A stretch of 64,000 nucleotides of DNA from an uncultured Candidatus Saccharibacteria bacterium (GTDB lineage: Bacteria > Patescibacteriota > Minisyncoccia > Phycocordibacterales > UBA1550): assembly GCA_964457625.1 (NCBI GenBank), contig CAYWES010000001.1, positions 17,725-81,724 of the forward strand, in the 5' to 3' direction. This document shows, one piece after another, positions 26,401 to 38,364 of this stretch (positions within the stretch are counted from its first letter, which is position 1; each line of letters starts with the position of its first letter). The position numbers and the translations under genes were made by a program. The notes under the pieces were generated by a model. The model was not told where the DNA came from. It did not search any database and worked only from the letters and a program-made list of their open reading frames with translations.

Positions 26401-27102
26401 ATGAATATGAACAGCACACAAAACGAAGCTCTTATAACCGACATGTTTGCCGCGGGGGCTCATTTCGGCTACACTCGTTCACGTCGTCATCCTTCGGTAA
26501 AGCCGTTTATTTTCGGTGCCAAGAATGGTATCGAAATTCTCGACCTTGAAAAGACAAGCGTTGAGCTCAAGAATGCGGAAGAATTTGTCGCGTCGTTGGC
26601 AAAGTCAGGAAAGCAAGTTCTCTTTGTGGGAACAAAGAATGAAGCACGCAAAGCTGTCGAGGCGGGGGCGTTTTCTATTGAGATGCCATTTGCCGTGGAG
26701 CGTTGGGTGGGCGGTGTCTTGACCAACTTTTCAGAAATCAAAAAGCGCGTTGCCCTTTTGGAAGAACTTCGCGCAAAACGTGAACGAGGTGAACTCTCAA
26801 TGTACACCAAGAAAGAACGTAGCTTGATCGACAAGGATATTGAGCGTCTTGAGCGCAATTTTTCAGGAATTGTCGGCATGAAGGATGTTCCTGCAGCACT
26901 TTTTGTTGTTGACCCTCGCAAAGAATCTATCGCTGTTGAGGAAGCTCGTTTCCTCAAGATTCCTGTTATTGCTCTCGCAAACTCAGATTGCAACCTCGGA
27001 GAAATTGATTTTCCTATTCCCGGAAACGATAGTTCTCTTTCAAGTATCACCTTCTTTGTTAACCGCATCGTTGAGGCGTACAAGGCGGGTCGTACGGCGT
27101 AA
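26401..27102 (+). CDS. rpsB: 30S ribosomal protein S2
   Basis: AGAHFGYTRSRRHPSVKPFIFG…NGIEILDLEKT. Followed by tsf. Confidence 0.95.
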   Translation: MNMNSTQNEALITDMFAAGAHFGYTRSRRHPSVKPFIFGAKNGIEILDLEKTSVELKNAEEFVASLAKSGKQVLFVGTKNEARKAVEAGAFSIEMPFAVERWVGGVLTNFSEIKKRVALLEELRAKRERGELSMYTKKERSLIDKDIERLERNFSGIVGMKDVPAALFVVDPRKESIAVEEARFLKIPVIALANSDCNLGEIDFPIPGNDSSLSSITFFVNRIVEAYKAGRTA

Positions 27103-27180
27103 TGATTTCTGACCCGTTGAGGGTCCTTTCGTCCCTTTTATAACCAACGTTTCTCAATACCATTACTATAATTTCCTATT

Positions 27181-27732
27181 ATGATTACCACCGAGCAAAT
27201 TAAAGAATTACGCGACCTCACAGGAATCTCTGTCATGCAGTGCAAGAAAGCACTTGAGGAAGCAGGAGGAGACAAAGAAAAAGCTCTCGCACTCCTTCGT
27301 GAAAAGTCGGCAGAAATTGCCGCAAAAAAGGGTGATCGTGAGCTCGGCGCGGGGGCTATTGAATCATACATCCACAGCAATAAAAGCATTGGAGCTCTGG
27401 TGCTACTTTCTTGCGAGACGGATTTTGTGGCGCGTAATGAAGACTATGTTGCCATGGCGCGCGACATTGCCGTGCATATCGTAGCAACGGATCCACTCGT
27501 GGTAAGCGCCGAAGACGTCACCGACGAGATTCGCGCACGTGTCAAAGAAACACTCGGAGAAGAAGCAACTCCTGAACAGGTGGAGGCACATATTGCTGAA
27601 AGGGTGTTGCTCGATCAGCCCTTCATCAAAAATCCTGAAGTCACTATAAGGGGATTCATTGATGGTGGTGTGCAGAAGTTTGGAGAAAAAATCGTTCTCA
27701 CTCGCTTTGCGCGCTTCTCTGTAGTAAACTAG
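27181..27732 (+). CDS. tsf: elongation factor Ts (short form)
   Basis: IKELRDLTGISVMQCKKALEEAGGDKEKALALLREK (UBA-like N-terminus). 183 aa. Confidence 0.92.
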   Translation: MITTEQIKELRDLTGISVMQCKKALEEAGGDKEKALALLREKSAEIAAKKGDRELGAGAIESYIHSNKSIGALVLLSCETDFVARNEDYVAMARDIAVHIVATDPLVVSAEDVTDEIRARVKETLGEEATPEQVEAHIAERVLLDQPFIKNPEVTIRGFIDGGVQKFGEKIVLTRFARFSVVN

Positions 27733-27766
27733 AAGAGTTCGCTCTCCTTCTTTGTGGAGGAATCGT

Positions 27767-28162
27767 ATGACTATTATCATCACTCTTTTTTATCTCTCAC
27801 TCCTGGTAGTGGTAGCAATGATTGTAAAGAAGTTTCTTGAGATTCGAACACTCAAGCTTTCTCTGGTTGAGGGGATTGAACAAGAGATTTCTCGCAAAGC
27901 ACACCATTTTATACAAATATTTTGGTACGATTGGTGTTTGGTCCTTATTTCTCGTACTCATGCCGGTGTCGTGCGGGGTTGGTATGTTCTTGAACACGCA
28001 GTGCTCGGACTTATAATTCGTCTTTCTGAGCGCTTGAAACGTCGTCACCACAAGCTCTATGATATGGTGAAAGGGAAGGGAGTTTTAAAAAATAAGGGTT
28101 CTGTTTCCACATTTCTTAAAGAGGTTTCCACCTACAAAGAGGAAGAAAAATCCTCAAAATAA
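27767..28162 (+). CDS. membrane-anchored hypothetical protein
   Basis: Start at ATG with GGAGGA 6 nt upstream. N-terminal TM helix. Confidence 0.45.
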   Translation: MTIIITLFYLSLLVVVAMIVKKFLEIRTLKLSLVEGIEQEISRKAHHFIQIFWYDWCLVLISRTHAGVVRGWYVLEHAVLGLIIRLSERLKRRHHKLYDMVKGKGVLKNKGSVSTFLKEVSTYKEEEKSSK

Positions 28163-28170
28163 TACCTAGT

Positions 28171-28199
28171 TTGACATAGACAGAGGAGAGGAGTATACT
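28171..28199 (+). promoter_or_regulatory. sigma70-like promoter TTGACA-N17-TATACT upstream of rpoB
   Basis: TTGACA at 28171-28176, 17-nt spacer, TATACT at 28194-28199. Predicts a leader of about 180 nt. Confidence 0.5.
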
Positions 28200-28312
28200 C
28201 TGAGTGACGGTATACGATTGAGTTATAGGCGCGCCGTAGAGAGATACAATTTTATTATAAGGTGTTTGGTGTGAATTCTGTCACACCCGAACGTTTCTAA
28301 AACCTCACTTTC

Positions 28313-28352
28313 CAAAAGGGTAGCTTTGCTTGCCTTTTGTGTTTTGTTTTTC
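28313..28352 (+). terminator. terminator-like hairpin plus T-tract inside the rpoB leader (attenuator candidate)
   Basis: CAAAAGG…(inner AGC-ttt-GCT)…CCTTTTG followed by TGTTTTGTTTTTC, ending 35 nt before the rpoB ATG. Confidence 0.4.
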
Positions 28353-28386
28353 TGGAACGTTCGTCTAATTTTCCTACGCTTCCTTT

Positions 28387-31300
28387 ATGCGAGAGAAGAA
28401 ATATTTTGCGCGCTATAAAAAGCCGCTTGTGCCTATGCCGAATCTTGTGGAGACCCACTTGAAGTCATATGAGTGGCTCATCGAAGAAGGCTTGAAAGAA
28501 GCTTTCAAAGATTTCTCACCTATTAGAGATTATTCCGAGAAAAAATTTGAGCTTGAATTTACCGGTATCGAACTCTCAAAACCAAAGTATGATGAGTACT
28601 TTGCGAAAGAAAATAAGCTTTCCTACGAAGCCCCTCTCAAGGCGCGCGTGAAGCTTATTAATAAAACACTCAAGAGCGAGAAAGAACAGGAAATCTTCAT
28701 GGCAGATTTTCCTATGATGACATCACATGGTACCTTCATCGTAAATGGTGTTGAGCGTGTGGTCGTCCCTCAGATTTCTCGTTCTTTCGGTGTGTCTTTT
28801 ACGGCCGGTGAAATCAAAGGAAAGCGTTACTTCGGATCAAAAATTATTCCCGGACGTGGTGCGTGGATTGAAGTTGAATCAGACCCTGATGGAGCAATCT
28901 ACGTGCGTATAGATAAAAAGCGAAAGTTTCCCGTGACCGTACTCTTGCGCGCTTTGGGAGTGGCGACCGACGATGCTATTCTCAAACTCTTTGCGCACGA
29001 CGAGGACGCAAAGAAGATTGTTGAACACACCTTGAGCAAGGACTCTGCAAAAACTCCCGAAGAGGCGTTTGTGGAGATTCACAAGAAGCTTCGTGATGGT
29101 GATCTCGCGACGCCCGAAAATGCGCGCAGTTTTGTTGACTCTATTTTTGCAAAAGAGAAATATGATCTCTCTGAAGTTGGTCGTTTTAAGTTCAACAAGC
29201 GTTTTGGCAAATCTCTCGACAAGGCGGCGCTCAAAGAACGAACTATCAATGCAGCTGATATTGCAACGATTGTTACTCATATCGTAAAACAAAATCTCAA
29301 CCCTCATGCGCTCCCTGACGATATCGATCATTTGGGCTCACGACGCATTCGCTCTGTGGGAGAAATGCTTCAGCAGAAAATTCGCGTTGGTCTCACGCAA
29401 ATGAAGCGCAATATTCAGGACCGTATGTCGACAATCGATACTGATGCGACGTTGCCGGTTCAGTTTATTTCTCCTCGCCCTCTCCAGGCACGTCTCAAGG
29501 AATTCTTTGCGACAAACCAGCTTTCGCAGTTTATGACGCAGTACAACGTGCTCTCTGAGATTGAAAGCCTCCGTACCTTCTCTGCACTCGGGCCGGGAGG
29601 TCTCACACGAGAGCGTGCGGGTATCGAAGTGCGCGACGTACACCCGTCACACTATGGACGTCTTTGTCCTATCCATACTCCCGAAGGTCCAAACATCGGT
29701 CTTATCCTCCGTCTCTCATGCTATGCGCGTGTGAATGATTTTGGCATGATTGAAACACCCTATGTAAAGGTAAAGGGAGGAAAGCTTACCAAGGAAATTG
29801 ACTATCTCGACGCCCTCGAAGAAGAGCAGTATTACATTGCCCATATGGCAACTGCGCTTGATGGCGACAAGATTGTTGATGAAAAAGTTTCTGTGCGTCA
29901 CGATGGTACTCCTACACTCATTGATCGTGATCGTGTGGACTATATGGATATTGCCGCAAACCAGGCATTTTCTATTGCGACATCAATGGTTCCATTCCTT
30001 GAACACGACAACGCAAACCGCGCGCTCATGGGTTCCAACATGCAAAAGCAGGCTATTCCTTGTGTAATCGCGGAGGCACCCCTTGTTGCGACGGGCATGG
30101 AAGAGCTCGCTGCGCGTGATACAGGTCGTCTCATAGTGGCTGACGTTGATGGTACCATTACTCATGCGGACGCAAGAAAAATCTCGCTAAAGGACGAGAA
30201 AGGGAAAGTCCATGAGTATAAGCTTGTAAACTATGCGCGTACAAACGGCTTTACCGCATTCCACCAGCGCCCAAGCGTGAACGTGGGAGACAAAGTGAAG
30301 AAGGGAGCTATCCTCGCAGATACCTCGTCGTCAGACAAGGGACAAATCGCGATCGGCCAGAATACTCTCGTGGCGTTTATGTCATGGGGCGGTTCAAACT
30401 ACGAAGACGCTATTATTCTTTCAGAACGTCTCGTAAAGGACAGCAAGTTTACCTCAATCCATATGGACGAGTTTGTGGTAAATGTTCGTGACACCAAGCT
30501 TGGGCCCGAAGTGACTACTCATGATATTCCTAATGTCGGCGAAGCAAAGCTCAAGGATCTCGACGAGGATGGTATCATCCGTATTGGTGCGGAGGTGCAT
30601 CCCGGAGATATTCTTGTAGGAAAGATTACGCCAAAGGGGGAGCAAGAGCTTACTCCTGAAGAGCGCCTTCTCCGTTCAATCTTTGGTGAAAAGGCGCGTG
30701 ATGTAAAAGATACATCGCTTCGTATGGAGCACGGTAAGCGCGGGCGCATTGTGGGAGTAAAGGTATTCTCACGCGAAAAAGGTGACTCGCTCGATAGCGG
30801 TATTATCAAGCGCATTCACATTGAGGTTGCCCAGGTGCGTAATATCTCTGTGGGTGACAAGCTCGCGGGCCGTCATGGTAACAAAGGTGTGATTTCAGTC
30901 ATCCTTCCTGAGGAAGATATGCCATACATGGCAGATGGTCGTCCTGTGGACGTTATTTTGACTCCCCTTGGTGTGCCATCTCGTATGAACCTGGGTCAGA
31001 TTTTGGAGCTCCACTTGGGGCTTGCCGCGGATACTTTGAACTATCAAGCGATTGTTCCTCCATTTATGGGTGCGACACCTGACGAAATCAAAGCTGAGCT
31101 TGCGAAGGCAGGGTATCGTGAAGACGGAAAAATGAAACTCTTCGACGGTCGTACCGGAGAGGCGTTTGATCAGGATATTGCCGTAGGGTATATGTATATC
31201 TTGAAATTGAACCACATGGTTGAAGATAAGATTCACATGCGTTCAATCGGACCATACTCACTCATTACTCAGCAACCTCTTGGCGGTAAAGCACAAGGTG

Positions 31301-31545
31301 GTGGTCAGCGTTTTGGAGAAATGGAAGTGTGGGCTCTCGAAGGCTATGGTGCGGCGCACGTGCTCCGTGAGATGCTTACCATCAAGTCAGACGATATTAG
31401 TGGTCGTTCAGGGGCATTTGATGCGATTGTGAAGGGGGAGGAGATTACGCAAAGTAATATCCCCGAGTCCTTCAATGTACTCCTCAATTATCTCCGTGGA
31501 CTCTCTCTTGATATCCAGCTCCTTCGTAAGGACGAGATTAAATAA
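28387..31545 (+). CDS. rpoB: DNA-directed RNA polymerase subunit beta
   Basis: 1052 aa with conserved blocks such as GRHGNKGVIS and FGEMEVWALEGYGAA. Confidence 0.97.
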   Translation: MREKKYFARYKKPLVPMPNLVETHLKSYEWLIEEGLKEAFKDFSPIRDYSEKKFELEFTGIELSKPKYDEYFAKENKLSYEAPLKARVKLINKTLKSEKEQEIFMADFPMMTSHGTFIVNGVERVVVPQISRSFGVSFTAGEIKGKRYFGSKIIPGRGAWIEVESDPDGAIYVRIDKKRKFPVTVLLRALGVATDDAILKLFAHDEDAKKIVEHTLSKDSAKTPEEAFVEIHKKLRDGDLATPENARSFVDSIFAKEKYDLSEVGRFKFNKRFGKSLDKAALKERTINAADIATIVTHIVKQNLNPHALPDDIDHLGSRRIRSVGEMLQQKIRVGLTQMKRNIQDRMSTIDTDATLPVQFISPRPLQARLKEFFATNQLSQFMTQYNVLSEIESLRTFSALGPGGLTRERAGIEVRDVHPSHYGRLCPIHTPEGPNIGLILRLSCYARVNDFGMIETPYVKVKGGKLTKEIDYLDALEEEQYYIAHMATALDGDKIVDEKVSVRHDGTPTLIDRDRVDYMDIAANQAFSIATSMVPFLEHDNANRALMGSNMQKQAIPCVIAEAPLVATGMEELAARDTGRLIVADVDGTITHADARKISLKDEKGKVHEYKLVNYARTNGFTAFHQRPSVNVGDKVKKGAILADTSSSDKGQIAIGQNTLVAFMSWGGSNYEDAIILSERLVKDSKFTSIHMDEFVVNVRDTKLGPEVTTHDIPNVGEAKLKDLDEDGIIRIGAEVHPGDILVGKITPKGEQELTPEERLLRSIFGEKARDVKDTSLRMEHGKRGRIVGVKVFSREKGDSLDSGIIKRIHIEVAQVRNISVGDKLAGRHGNKGVISVILPEEDMPYMADGRPVDVILTPLGVPSRMNLGQILELHLGLAADTLNYQAIVPPFMGATPDEIKAELAKAGYREDGKMKLFDGRTGEAFDQDIAVGYMYILKLNHMVEDKIHMRSIGPYSLITQQPLGGKAQGGGQRFGEMEVWALEGYGAAHVLREMLTIKSDDISGRSGAFDAIVKGEEITQSNIPESFNVLLNYLRGLSLDIQLLRKDEIK

Positions 31546-31564
31546 CCTTTAGCTGTAACCAATT

Positions 31565-34500
31565 ATGAAAACATTACGCGAACAACAGAATTTCGATTCA
31601 ATTCTTTTGAAGCTTGCATCCCCGGAGCGCATTAAAGAATGGTCTTACGGCGAGGTTACCAAGCCTGAGACAATCAACTACCGCACTCAGCGCAGTGAGC
31701 GCGGAGGTCTCTTTGACGAACGTGTCTTTGGTCCGGAAAAAGACTTCGAGTGTTATTGTGGAAAGTATAAGCGCATTCGTTACAAGGGTATTATTTGTGA
31801 GAAATGTGGTGTTGAGGTGACGCGCTCAATTGTACGTCGCGAGCGCATGGGTCACATTGAGCTTGCGAGCCCGGTAGCTCATATCTGGTTTCTCCGCAAT
31901 ATTTCTTCTCGTATGGGGCTCTTGCTCAACCTTCCCCTCGTTGACCTTGAAAAGGTAATTTACTTCGCGGGCTACATCATTACGAGTGTAAATGAGGCAG
32001 AGCGTGAAAATCTCATGCACGAGCTTGATACGGAGTATAAGACTAAGTCAAAACAGCTTACTGATGACACGGCTAAAGATGCGTTGAAAGAGCTTCTCCT
32101 CACAAGCAAGCGTGAAATTGAAAGTCTTGTGGAAGGAAAAGTTCTCGATGAGGTGTCGTACCACAAGCTTTCTCTCAAGTATGGTACTGCGTTTGAAGCA
32201 GGTATTGGTGCTGAAGCAATTTACAACATCTTTAAGAAATTGGATCTTCCAAAGTTTAAGGAGAAACTTGAGGCTGATTTTGAAAAGGCGGGTGCCGTAG
32301 AGCGTGCGAAGCTTCATAAGCGTCTCGCGCTTGTGAAGTCGATGATTCAGTCGGGCGTTCGTCCTGAATGGATGTTTGTCACCGTCATTCCGGTTATCCC
32401 TCCCGCACTTCGCCCCATGGTCGCCCTTGAAGGAGGTCGCCATGCGACATCTGACTTGAACGATCTCTATCGTCGCGTAATCAACCGCAATAATCGCTTG
32501 AAGAAACTCAAAGAGATTGGAGCACCTGACGTGATTCTTCGCAACGAGAAGCGCATCCTTCAGGAGGCGGTGGATTCGCTCGTCGACAATTCAATTCGTC
32601 GCGTACAATCTGTTTCTATGAATCAGGCACAAAAGCGAAGTCTGAAGTCTCTCGCAGATACGCTCAAAGGAAAGCAAGGTCTCTTCCGACAAAATCTTCT
32701 CGGTAAGCGCGTAGACTATTCAGGTCGTTCGGTGATTATCGTGGGACCAAGACTTCGGTTGAACGAGTGCGGTCTTCCAAAGCACATGGCGCTTGAGCTT
32801 TTCCGCCCATTCATTATTTCAAAGCTCATTGAGCGCGAACTCGCATACAATATTCGTGGTGCAAACAAGCTTGTCGATGACAGCGTTCCCGAGGTGTGGG
32901 CAATTCTTGAAGAGGTAATCCGTGGTAAGTACGTGCTCTTGAACCGCGCGCCGACACTTCACCGTCTCGGTATCCAGGCATTTCACCCAATTCTTGTTGA
33001 AGGAAATGCTATTCAGGTTCATCCGCTCGTATGTACCGCCTTTAACGCAGACTTCGACGGAGACCAAATGGCTGTTCACGTACCACTTTCGACCCCTGCT
33101 CAGTATGAGGCGGGAGAGTTTATGGCTGCCAATAAAAACCTCTTGGGTCCCGGAAACGGCGATCCTATCGTAAACCCTAAGCTTGATATTCCTCTTGGGT
33201 GTTACTCTATGACAAAGATTATCGATGGTGCGAAAGGGGAAGGAAAGATTTTCCCAAATCCAAATAGCGCCATTACCGCATATGACTTTGATGCCGTAAG
33301 TTACCGCGCAAAGATCAAGGTGCTCGGAACGGATACACCAAAGTACACACAGTTTGAAGGGCAGGTCTTTGAGACTACAGTGGGTCGCCTTCTCTTCAAC
33401 TCCGTACTTCCTTCTGATTTCCCTTATGTTAACAAGGAGCTTGGGAAGAAGGAGCTTGAGGTACTCATTGATGAGATTATCAATCGGTATGGTATTGATG
33501 CTACTCCTCCAATCCTCGACAAGATAAAAGATTTCGGATTTAAGTATGTTACCAAGGCCGGTATCACGTGGGGGCTTGATGAAATTAAGACACCCGAGGA
33601 AAAAGCTGACGTTATTGCGCACGCTCGCAAAGAAGCTGATGAGGTTCGCGAAGAATACAATGAAGGACTTTTGTCGGAAGAAGAACGCTATCGTCGCACT
33701 ATTGAAGTGTGGCAAGGCGCTCGTGCTGAAATAGAAAAGTTTATGCCAAGCACGCTCCAAAAAGATGGTTCCGTGGAGGACATGTTGAAGTCAGGAGCTC
33801 GTGGTTCGTATGCTCAGATTCTTATGATGGGTGGTATGACCGGTCTCATTGTGAACACTGCGGGGCGCGTCATCGACTTCCCAATTATTCCCTCAAGTAA
33901 AGAAGGTCTTTCTCCTATTGAGTACTTTATTACGACACACGGTTCACGTAAGGGTCTTGCCGACACGGCGCTCAATACCGCAAAGGCAGGATACCTCACA
34001 CGTCGTATTATTGATGTTGCTCAAGATGCCATCATTACTGAAGAAGATTGTGGCGAGAAGGAGGGCAAGGTTATTCGCAAAGAAAACCTTGTCGGCTTCG
34101 ACATTCCTCTTTCAAAGAACCTTCGTGGTCGTACCCTCGTCCAGGATCTTGTCTTGGAGGATGGAAGTGTTCTCTTTAAGAAGGGACACCTTGTGACAAA
34201 GGTTGATGCGCGTGAAGCTGAATCAAAGGGCATCACCGAAGCAGTTGTGCGCTCACCTCTTACGTGCAAGACACTTCATGGTGTTTGTCGCAAGTGCTAC
34301 GGTCTCGATATTGGGCGCAACGAACTCGTCAGAACTGGTGAAGCGGTGGGTATTGTTGCCGCACAGGCGATCGGTGAGCCGGGAACTCAGCTTACCATGC
34401 GTACCTTCCACGCCGGAGGTATTGCATCAGTTGGTGGTGACATTACCACAGGTCTTCCACGTGTTGAGGAAATCTTTGAACGTCGTATGCCAAAGAGTCT

Positions 34501-35200
34501 TGCGATTGTATCTCATACTAATGGCGTTGTCACAGAAGTGACACGTAATGAAAAAGAGCTCCGCATCGTAGTACTCCCCGAAGCAGGCGAGGGTAAAAAG
34601 AAAGGGGAGGCTATGGAGTATGAGACAACGCGTGCTCGTACGCCGCTTGTGAAGGTGGGGGAGGCAGTACTTAAAGGACAGTTCCTTTCAGACGGCTCCG
34701 CAGATATCGCAGAAGTATTCCAGTACGCAGGCAAAGATGCTGCAGAAAACTACATTATCAATGAAGTACTGAAGATTTACGAACTCCAGGGCGCGTCGAT
34801 CTCTCGCAAGCACATTGAGGTAATTATTCGCCAGATGTTTTCTCGTCGCAAAATTAAAGAAGCAGGAGATACCAAATACAACATTGGAGAGATTGTTGAA
34901 TGTGGTGAGCTTGCTCTTGAAAACGAGCGCGTTGAAAAACTTGGTGGAACAAAAGCTAAGGGCGAAGCACTCGTTCTCGGTATCTCCGAAGTTGCCCTTA
35001 CTACAAAAAGTTGGCTCTCTGCTGCATCCTTTGAGAACACCACGCGTATTCTCATCAACACTGCAATCCGCGGAGAAGTTGACACTCTCCGAGGGCTCAA
35101 GGAAAACGTTATCATCGGTAACTTGATTCCTACAGGTACAGGGTTTGGTGTAAAGAAGGAGGATGGACTTCCTGGCAACGCAGAAGAAGAAAACGCGTAG
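31565..35200 (+). CDS. rpoC: DNA-directed RNA polymerase subunit beta'
   Basis: Zn motif [23 protein letters not shown], catalytic [12 protein letters not shown]. 1211 aa. Confidence 0.97.
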   Translation: MKTLREQQNFDSILLKLASPERIKEWSYGEVTKPETINYRTQRSERGGLFDERVFGPEKDFECYCGKYKRIRYKGIICEKCGVEVTRSIVRRERMGHIELASPVAHIWFLRNISSRMGLLLNLPLVDLEKVIYFAGYIITSVNEAERENLMHELDTEYKTKSKQLTDDTAKDALKELLLTSKREIESLVEGKVLDEVSYHKLSLKYGTAFEAGIGAEAIYNIFKKLDLPKFKEKLEADFEKAGAVERAKLHKRLALVKSMIQSGVRPEWMFVTVIPVIPPALRPMVALEGGRHATSDLNDLYRRVINRNNRLKKLKEIGAPDVILRNEKRILQEAVDSLVDNSIRRVQSVSMNQAQKRSLKSLADTLKGKQGLFRQNLLGKRVDYSGRSVIIVGPRLRLNECGLPKHMALELFRPFIISKLIERELAYNIRGANKLVDDSVPEVWAILEEVIRGKYVLLNRAPTLHRLGIQAFHPILVEGNAIQVHPLVCTAFNADFDGDQMAVHVPLSTPAQYEAGEFMAANKNLLGPGNGDPIVNPKLDIPLGCYSMTKIIDGAKGEGKIFPNPNSAITAYDFDAVSYRAKIKVLGTDTPKYTQFEGQVFETTVGRLLFNSVLPSDFPYVNKELGKKELEVLIDEIINRYGIDATPPILDKIKDFGFKYVTKAGITWGLDEIKTPEEKADVIAHARKEADEVREEYNEGLLSEEERYRRTIEVWQGARAEIEKFMPSTLQKDGSVEDMLKSGARGSYAQILMMGGMTGLIVNTAGRVIDFPIIPSSKEGLSPIEYFITTHGSRKGLADTALNTAKAGYLTRRIIDVAQDAIITEEDCGEKEGKVIRKENLVGFDIPLSKNLRGRTLVQDLVLEDGSVLFKKGHLVTKVDAREAESKGITEAVVRSPLTCKTLHGVCRKCYGLDIGRNELVRTGEAVGIVAAQAIGEPGTQLTMRTFHAGGIASVGGDITTGLPRVEEIFERRMPKSLAIVSHTNGVVTEVTRNEKELRIVVLPEAGEGKKKGEAMEYETTRARTPLVKVGEAVLKGQFLSDGSADIAEVFQYAGKDAAENYIINEVLKIYELQGASISRKHIEVIIRQMFSRRKIKEAGDTKYNIGEIVECGELALENERVEKLGGTKAKGEALVLGISEVALTTKSWLSAASFENTTRILINTAIRGEVDTLRGLKENVIIGNLIPTGTGFGVKKEDGLPGNAEEENA

Positions 35201-35274
35201 TTCTTTGTGAGTTTTGGCGTATCGTTTTAGAGAAAGAGAGGTGCTTTGTTGCGTCTCTCCCTCACTAACATCCT

Positions 35275-37002
35275 ATGGCTTCATCTGTTGAAGAAATAAA
35301 ATCACGACTCAACATCGTAGATATTGCAGGAGAATACCTCAAACTTGAAAAAGCGGGAGGTAACTTCAAGGCACGATGTCCGTTCCACAATGAACGAACG
35401 CCGTCCTTTGTTGTTTCTTCATCTCGCCAGTCATATCATTGCTTTGGGTGTAATCGCGGAGGAGATATTATTTCTCTCGTGCAAGAAATTGAGGGTATAG
35501 ATTTTCTTGGTGCGTTGAAAATCCTTGCCGACAGAGCGGGTGTTGTTCTTACACGCGAGCACGCTGCTACGCGAGACACAGAGCGTGGTCGAGAGAGTCT
35601 CTACAAGGTTCTCGAGCTCGCAACAAAATTCTACGAAGCCGTTCTCCCCAAGTTTCCGGAAGCTTTGGTATATCTCCATAAGAGGGGCATCACGGACGAA
35701 AGTATAAAAACCTTTCGTATTGGATTTGCTCCCGATGAGTGGAGGAGCCTCTCGGACGTCCTTCTCAAGAAGAATATTCAGGAGACGCTCTCTGATCGAG
35801 CGGGGCTTATTACGCGCTCTCCGAAAGGATTTTATGATCGTTTTCGGGGGCGCATTATGTTCCCTATAGCAGACACTGCAGGGCGTATCATTGCGTTTTC
35901 AGGAAGAGTACTCAAAGACGAACCGGGAAAAACTCTTGGGACGTCATCTCAAGCAAAGTATGTGAATAGCCCTGAGACGGAAGTCTTCCATAAATCTCGA
36001 GCACTTTTTGGATTTCATCAGGCAAAAGACGCGATGCGTCGTCTGGACAGCGCGGTCTTGGTGGAAGGGCAGATTGACCTCGTTATGTCTCATCAAGCGG
36101 GAGTGACAAACACTGTTGCATCTTCCGGCACGGCGTTGACGGCAGAACATCTGGGACTCATCAAGCGCTTTACGCAAAATATTGTGCTAGCGTTTGATGC
36201 CGATGATGCAGGACTTGCTGCAGCTCACAAGGCAATTCTTCTTGCATTAGGAAGCGACATGTCAGTGCGAATTGCCGAGATTCCTCAGGGTCTCGATCCT
36301 GCAGATTTGATACAAAAGAATCCCGATCTCTGGAAGAACGCGATTACGGAGGCGCAGCCGGTTGTTGATTTTTACCTCAAGACTTTCCCTACACGCTTTA
36401 CTGACCAATCTCTTCTGCGCAAGAAGGTGTCTGAGATTATTATTCCTTTCGTGGCTGCGCTAAAGAGCTCTCTTGATCAAGGGCATTATGTAGGAAGGAT
36501 TGCAACACTCTTGGGGATACAGGAAGGACCGGTATGGGATGAGATAAAAAAGGTTGCACTTCCCCAAGAGAACATCCCTCCTGATGCTACTACTCCTTGG
36601 AAACCTCTCTCTCGGCTTGATCGACTCACGAGAAGTATTGAAGGACTTCTCTTGTGGCAGGAGGGGGTGCCGGAGACAAACGTCAGTGGTCTTGGTGAGA
36701 TGCGTAGAACGTTTGACGCCCTTCTCAAGGAACACAATATTGAACACAGTCCTCCAGACCAACACGAAGAAGAAGTCTTTGAAGCTGAGATTAGGTTCGA
36801 AGGAAATGCGAATCTTACTGAAGAACTCAAACTCCTCTTGAAGACACTTGGCGAAGAGATTTTACGGGAACGCTTTACTCGTACAATGAAAGAACTCAAG
36901 CATGCAGAAGCAGAGGGGGACATCGCCAAAGCGCAAGAGCTCCTCAAAGTATGTCAGGAAATTTCAAAAGAATTACACGCCATAACCACCAAAACATCAT
37001 GA
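35275..37002 (+). CDS. dnaG: DNA primase
   Basis: Zn-ribbon [14 protein letters not shown]…[11 protein letters not shown] and TOPRIM region [10 protein letters not shown]…AFDADDAG. Confidence 0.93.
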   Translation: MASSVEEIKSRLNIVDIAGEYLKLEKAGGNFKARCPFHNERTPSFVVSSSRQSYHCFGCNRGGDIISLVQEIEGIDFLGALKILADRAGVVLTREHAATRDTERGRESLYKVLELATKFYEAVLPKFPEALVYLHKRGITDESIKTFRIGFAPDEWRSLSDVLLKKNIQETLSDRAGLITRSPKGFYDRFRGRIMFPIADTAGRIIAFSGRVLKDEPGKTLGTSSQAKYVNSPETEVFHKSRALFGFHQAKDAMRRLDSAVLVEGQIDLVMSHQAGVTNTVASSGTALTAEHLGLIKRFTQNIVLAFDADDAGLAAAHKAILLALGSDMSVRIAEIPQGLDPADLIQKNPDLWKNAITEAQPVVDFYLKTFPTRFTDQSLLRKKVSEIIIPFVAALKSSLDQGHYVGRIATLLGIQEGPVWDEIKKVALPQENIPPDATTPWKPLSRLDRLTRSIEGLLLWQEGVPETNVSGLGEMRRTFDALLKEHNIEHSPPDQHEEEVFEAEIRFEGNANLTEELKLLLKTLGEEILRERFTRTMKELKHAEAEGDIAKAQELLKVCQEISKELHAITTKTS

Positions 37003-38291
37003 AGAAAAAAATCATAAAAAAGATAAAGAAAGTTTCTCCTTCTTCAAAAAAGAAATCCCCAACGAAGAACGTTGCAAAAAAGACAGCAAAGAAAGTTCCC
37101 GCAAAGAAGGCTGTAAAAAAAGCTCTCCCTAAAAAGGTAGTGAAAAAGGCTTCCACAAAAAAGAAGGGATCATCTCAGATGATTATTACTAAAAAGCCTC
37201 CTGTGCGAAGCGCTAAGGCGACCCAAGAATTTGAAGAGAAAGTAATACGCCTCACCGCAAAAGGGCGCGGAAGAGGGTTTGTTACGTTCAATGAAATTCT
37301 TAAGGAATTTCCTGCTGTTGAAAATGATGTATATTTTCTGGATGAGCTGTACGAAAAACTCCACGATGGTGGTGTGGATGTTCTTGCGTCGGGGGGAATG
37401 CTTGATACAGAGCCTGAAGAACTTCTTCAAGACAAAAAGTACATGTACAAAGGAGGAGACTCTTCATATGACTCGGTGCAGATGTATCTCAAGGAAATCG
37501 GGCGTCACTCTCTCATTTCTGCTCAAGAAGAACGCGATCTCGCAAAACTTATTCAACAAGGCGACATGGAAGCAAAAAATCTCCTCGCGCGCGCAAACCT
37601 TCGTCTCGTGGTATCGATTGCAAAGAAATATGTGGGACGCAGCGCTGATCTCACCCTCCTTGACCTCATCCAGGAAGGGAACCTCGGTCTCTTTAAAGCC
37701 GTAGAGAAATTTGAATGGGAAAAAGGTTTCAAGTTTTCCACATATGCGACCTGGTGGATTCGCCAGGCGATTACACGCGCGCTTGCTGATCAATCGCGCA
37801 CCATTCGTATTCCTGTGCACATGGTAGAGACCATTTCAAAATACAAGCAGGTAGTGCGTCGCTTGAGCCAGGATCTCGGGCGTGAGCCACTCTTGGGCGA
37901 GATTGCAACCGAGATGGGACTTGATATTGAGAAGATATATACCATAAAGAATATTGACCAAGATACCGTATCTCTGGAAAAGCCGATTGGAGATGATGAT
38001 GAGAAGTCTACCCTCGGTGAATTTATCGCCGATGATAAAATTCTTTCTCCGGCTCAAGATTCCGCACAGCGAATCCTTTCGGACCAAGTGAAAGAAATTC
38101 TTGGTGACCTTTCGGAAAAGGAGCGCAAAATTCTCGAAATGCGCCATGGCCTCATTGATGGTGTTGTGCACACGCTTGAAGAAGTGGGCAAGGAGTTTGG
38201 TGTCACGCGTGAGCGTATCCGTCAGATTGAAGCAAAATCAATAGAAAAGATTCGTGCGCACGATAAGGTAGATAAGCTCCGAAACTACTAG
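36999..38291 (+). CDS. rpoD: RNA polymerase sigma factor RpoD (sigma-70)
   Basis: Lys-rich N-terminus. Regions 2-4 present ([37 protein letters not shown], and [20 protein letters not shown]). ATGA overlap with the dnaG stop. Confidence 0.93.
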   Translation: MKKKIIKKIKKVSPSSKKKSPTKNVAKKTAKKVPAKKAVKKALPKKVVKKASTKKKGSSQMIITKKPPVRSAKATQEFEEKVIRLTAKGRGRGFVTFNEILKEFPAVENDVYFLDELYEKLHDGGVDVLASGGMLDTEPEELLQDKKYMYKGGDSSYDSVQMYLKEIGRHSLISAQEERDLAKLIQQGDMEAKNLLARANLRLVVSIAKKYVGRSADLTLLDLIQEGNLGLFKAVEKFEWEKGFKFSTYATWWIRQAITRALADQSRTIRIPVHMVETISKYKQVVRRLSQDLGREPLLGEIATEMGLDIEKIYTIKNIDQDTVSLEKPIGDDDEKSTLGEFIADDKILSPAQDSAQRILSDQVKEILGDLSEKERKILEMRHGLIDGVVHTLEEVGKEFGVTRERIRQIEAKSIEKIRAHDKVDKLRNY

Positions 38292-38302
38292 GGTCTCCTC
38301 AT

Positions 38303-38348
38303 AGAATAAAAAAAAATCCCAAGAAATTCTTGGGATTTTTTTTATTCT
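38303..38348. terminator. bidirectional terminator between rpoD and the convergent DsbA-like gene
   Basis: AGAATAAAAAAAAATCCCAAGAA/TTCTTGGGATTTTTTTTTATTCT palindrome. Confidence 0.75.
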
Positions 38349-38364
38349 GTATATGAACGTGTTC

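Noticed and set aside
32819-33760. 313-aa minus-strand ORF inside rpoC.
   Set aside because: It is antisense to the highly conserved beta' coding sequence and has no recognisable domain.
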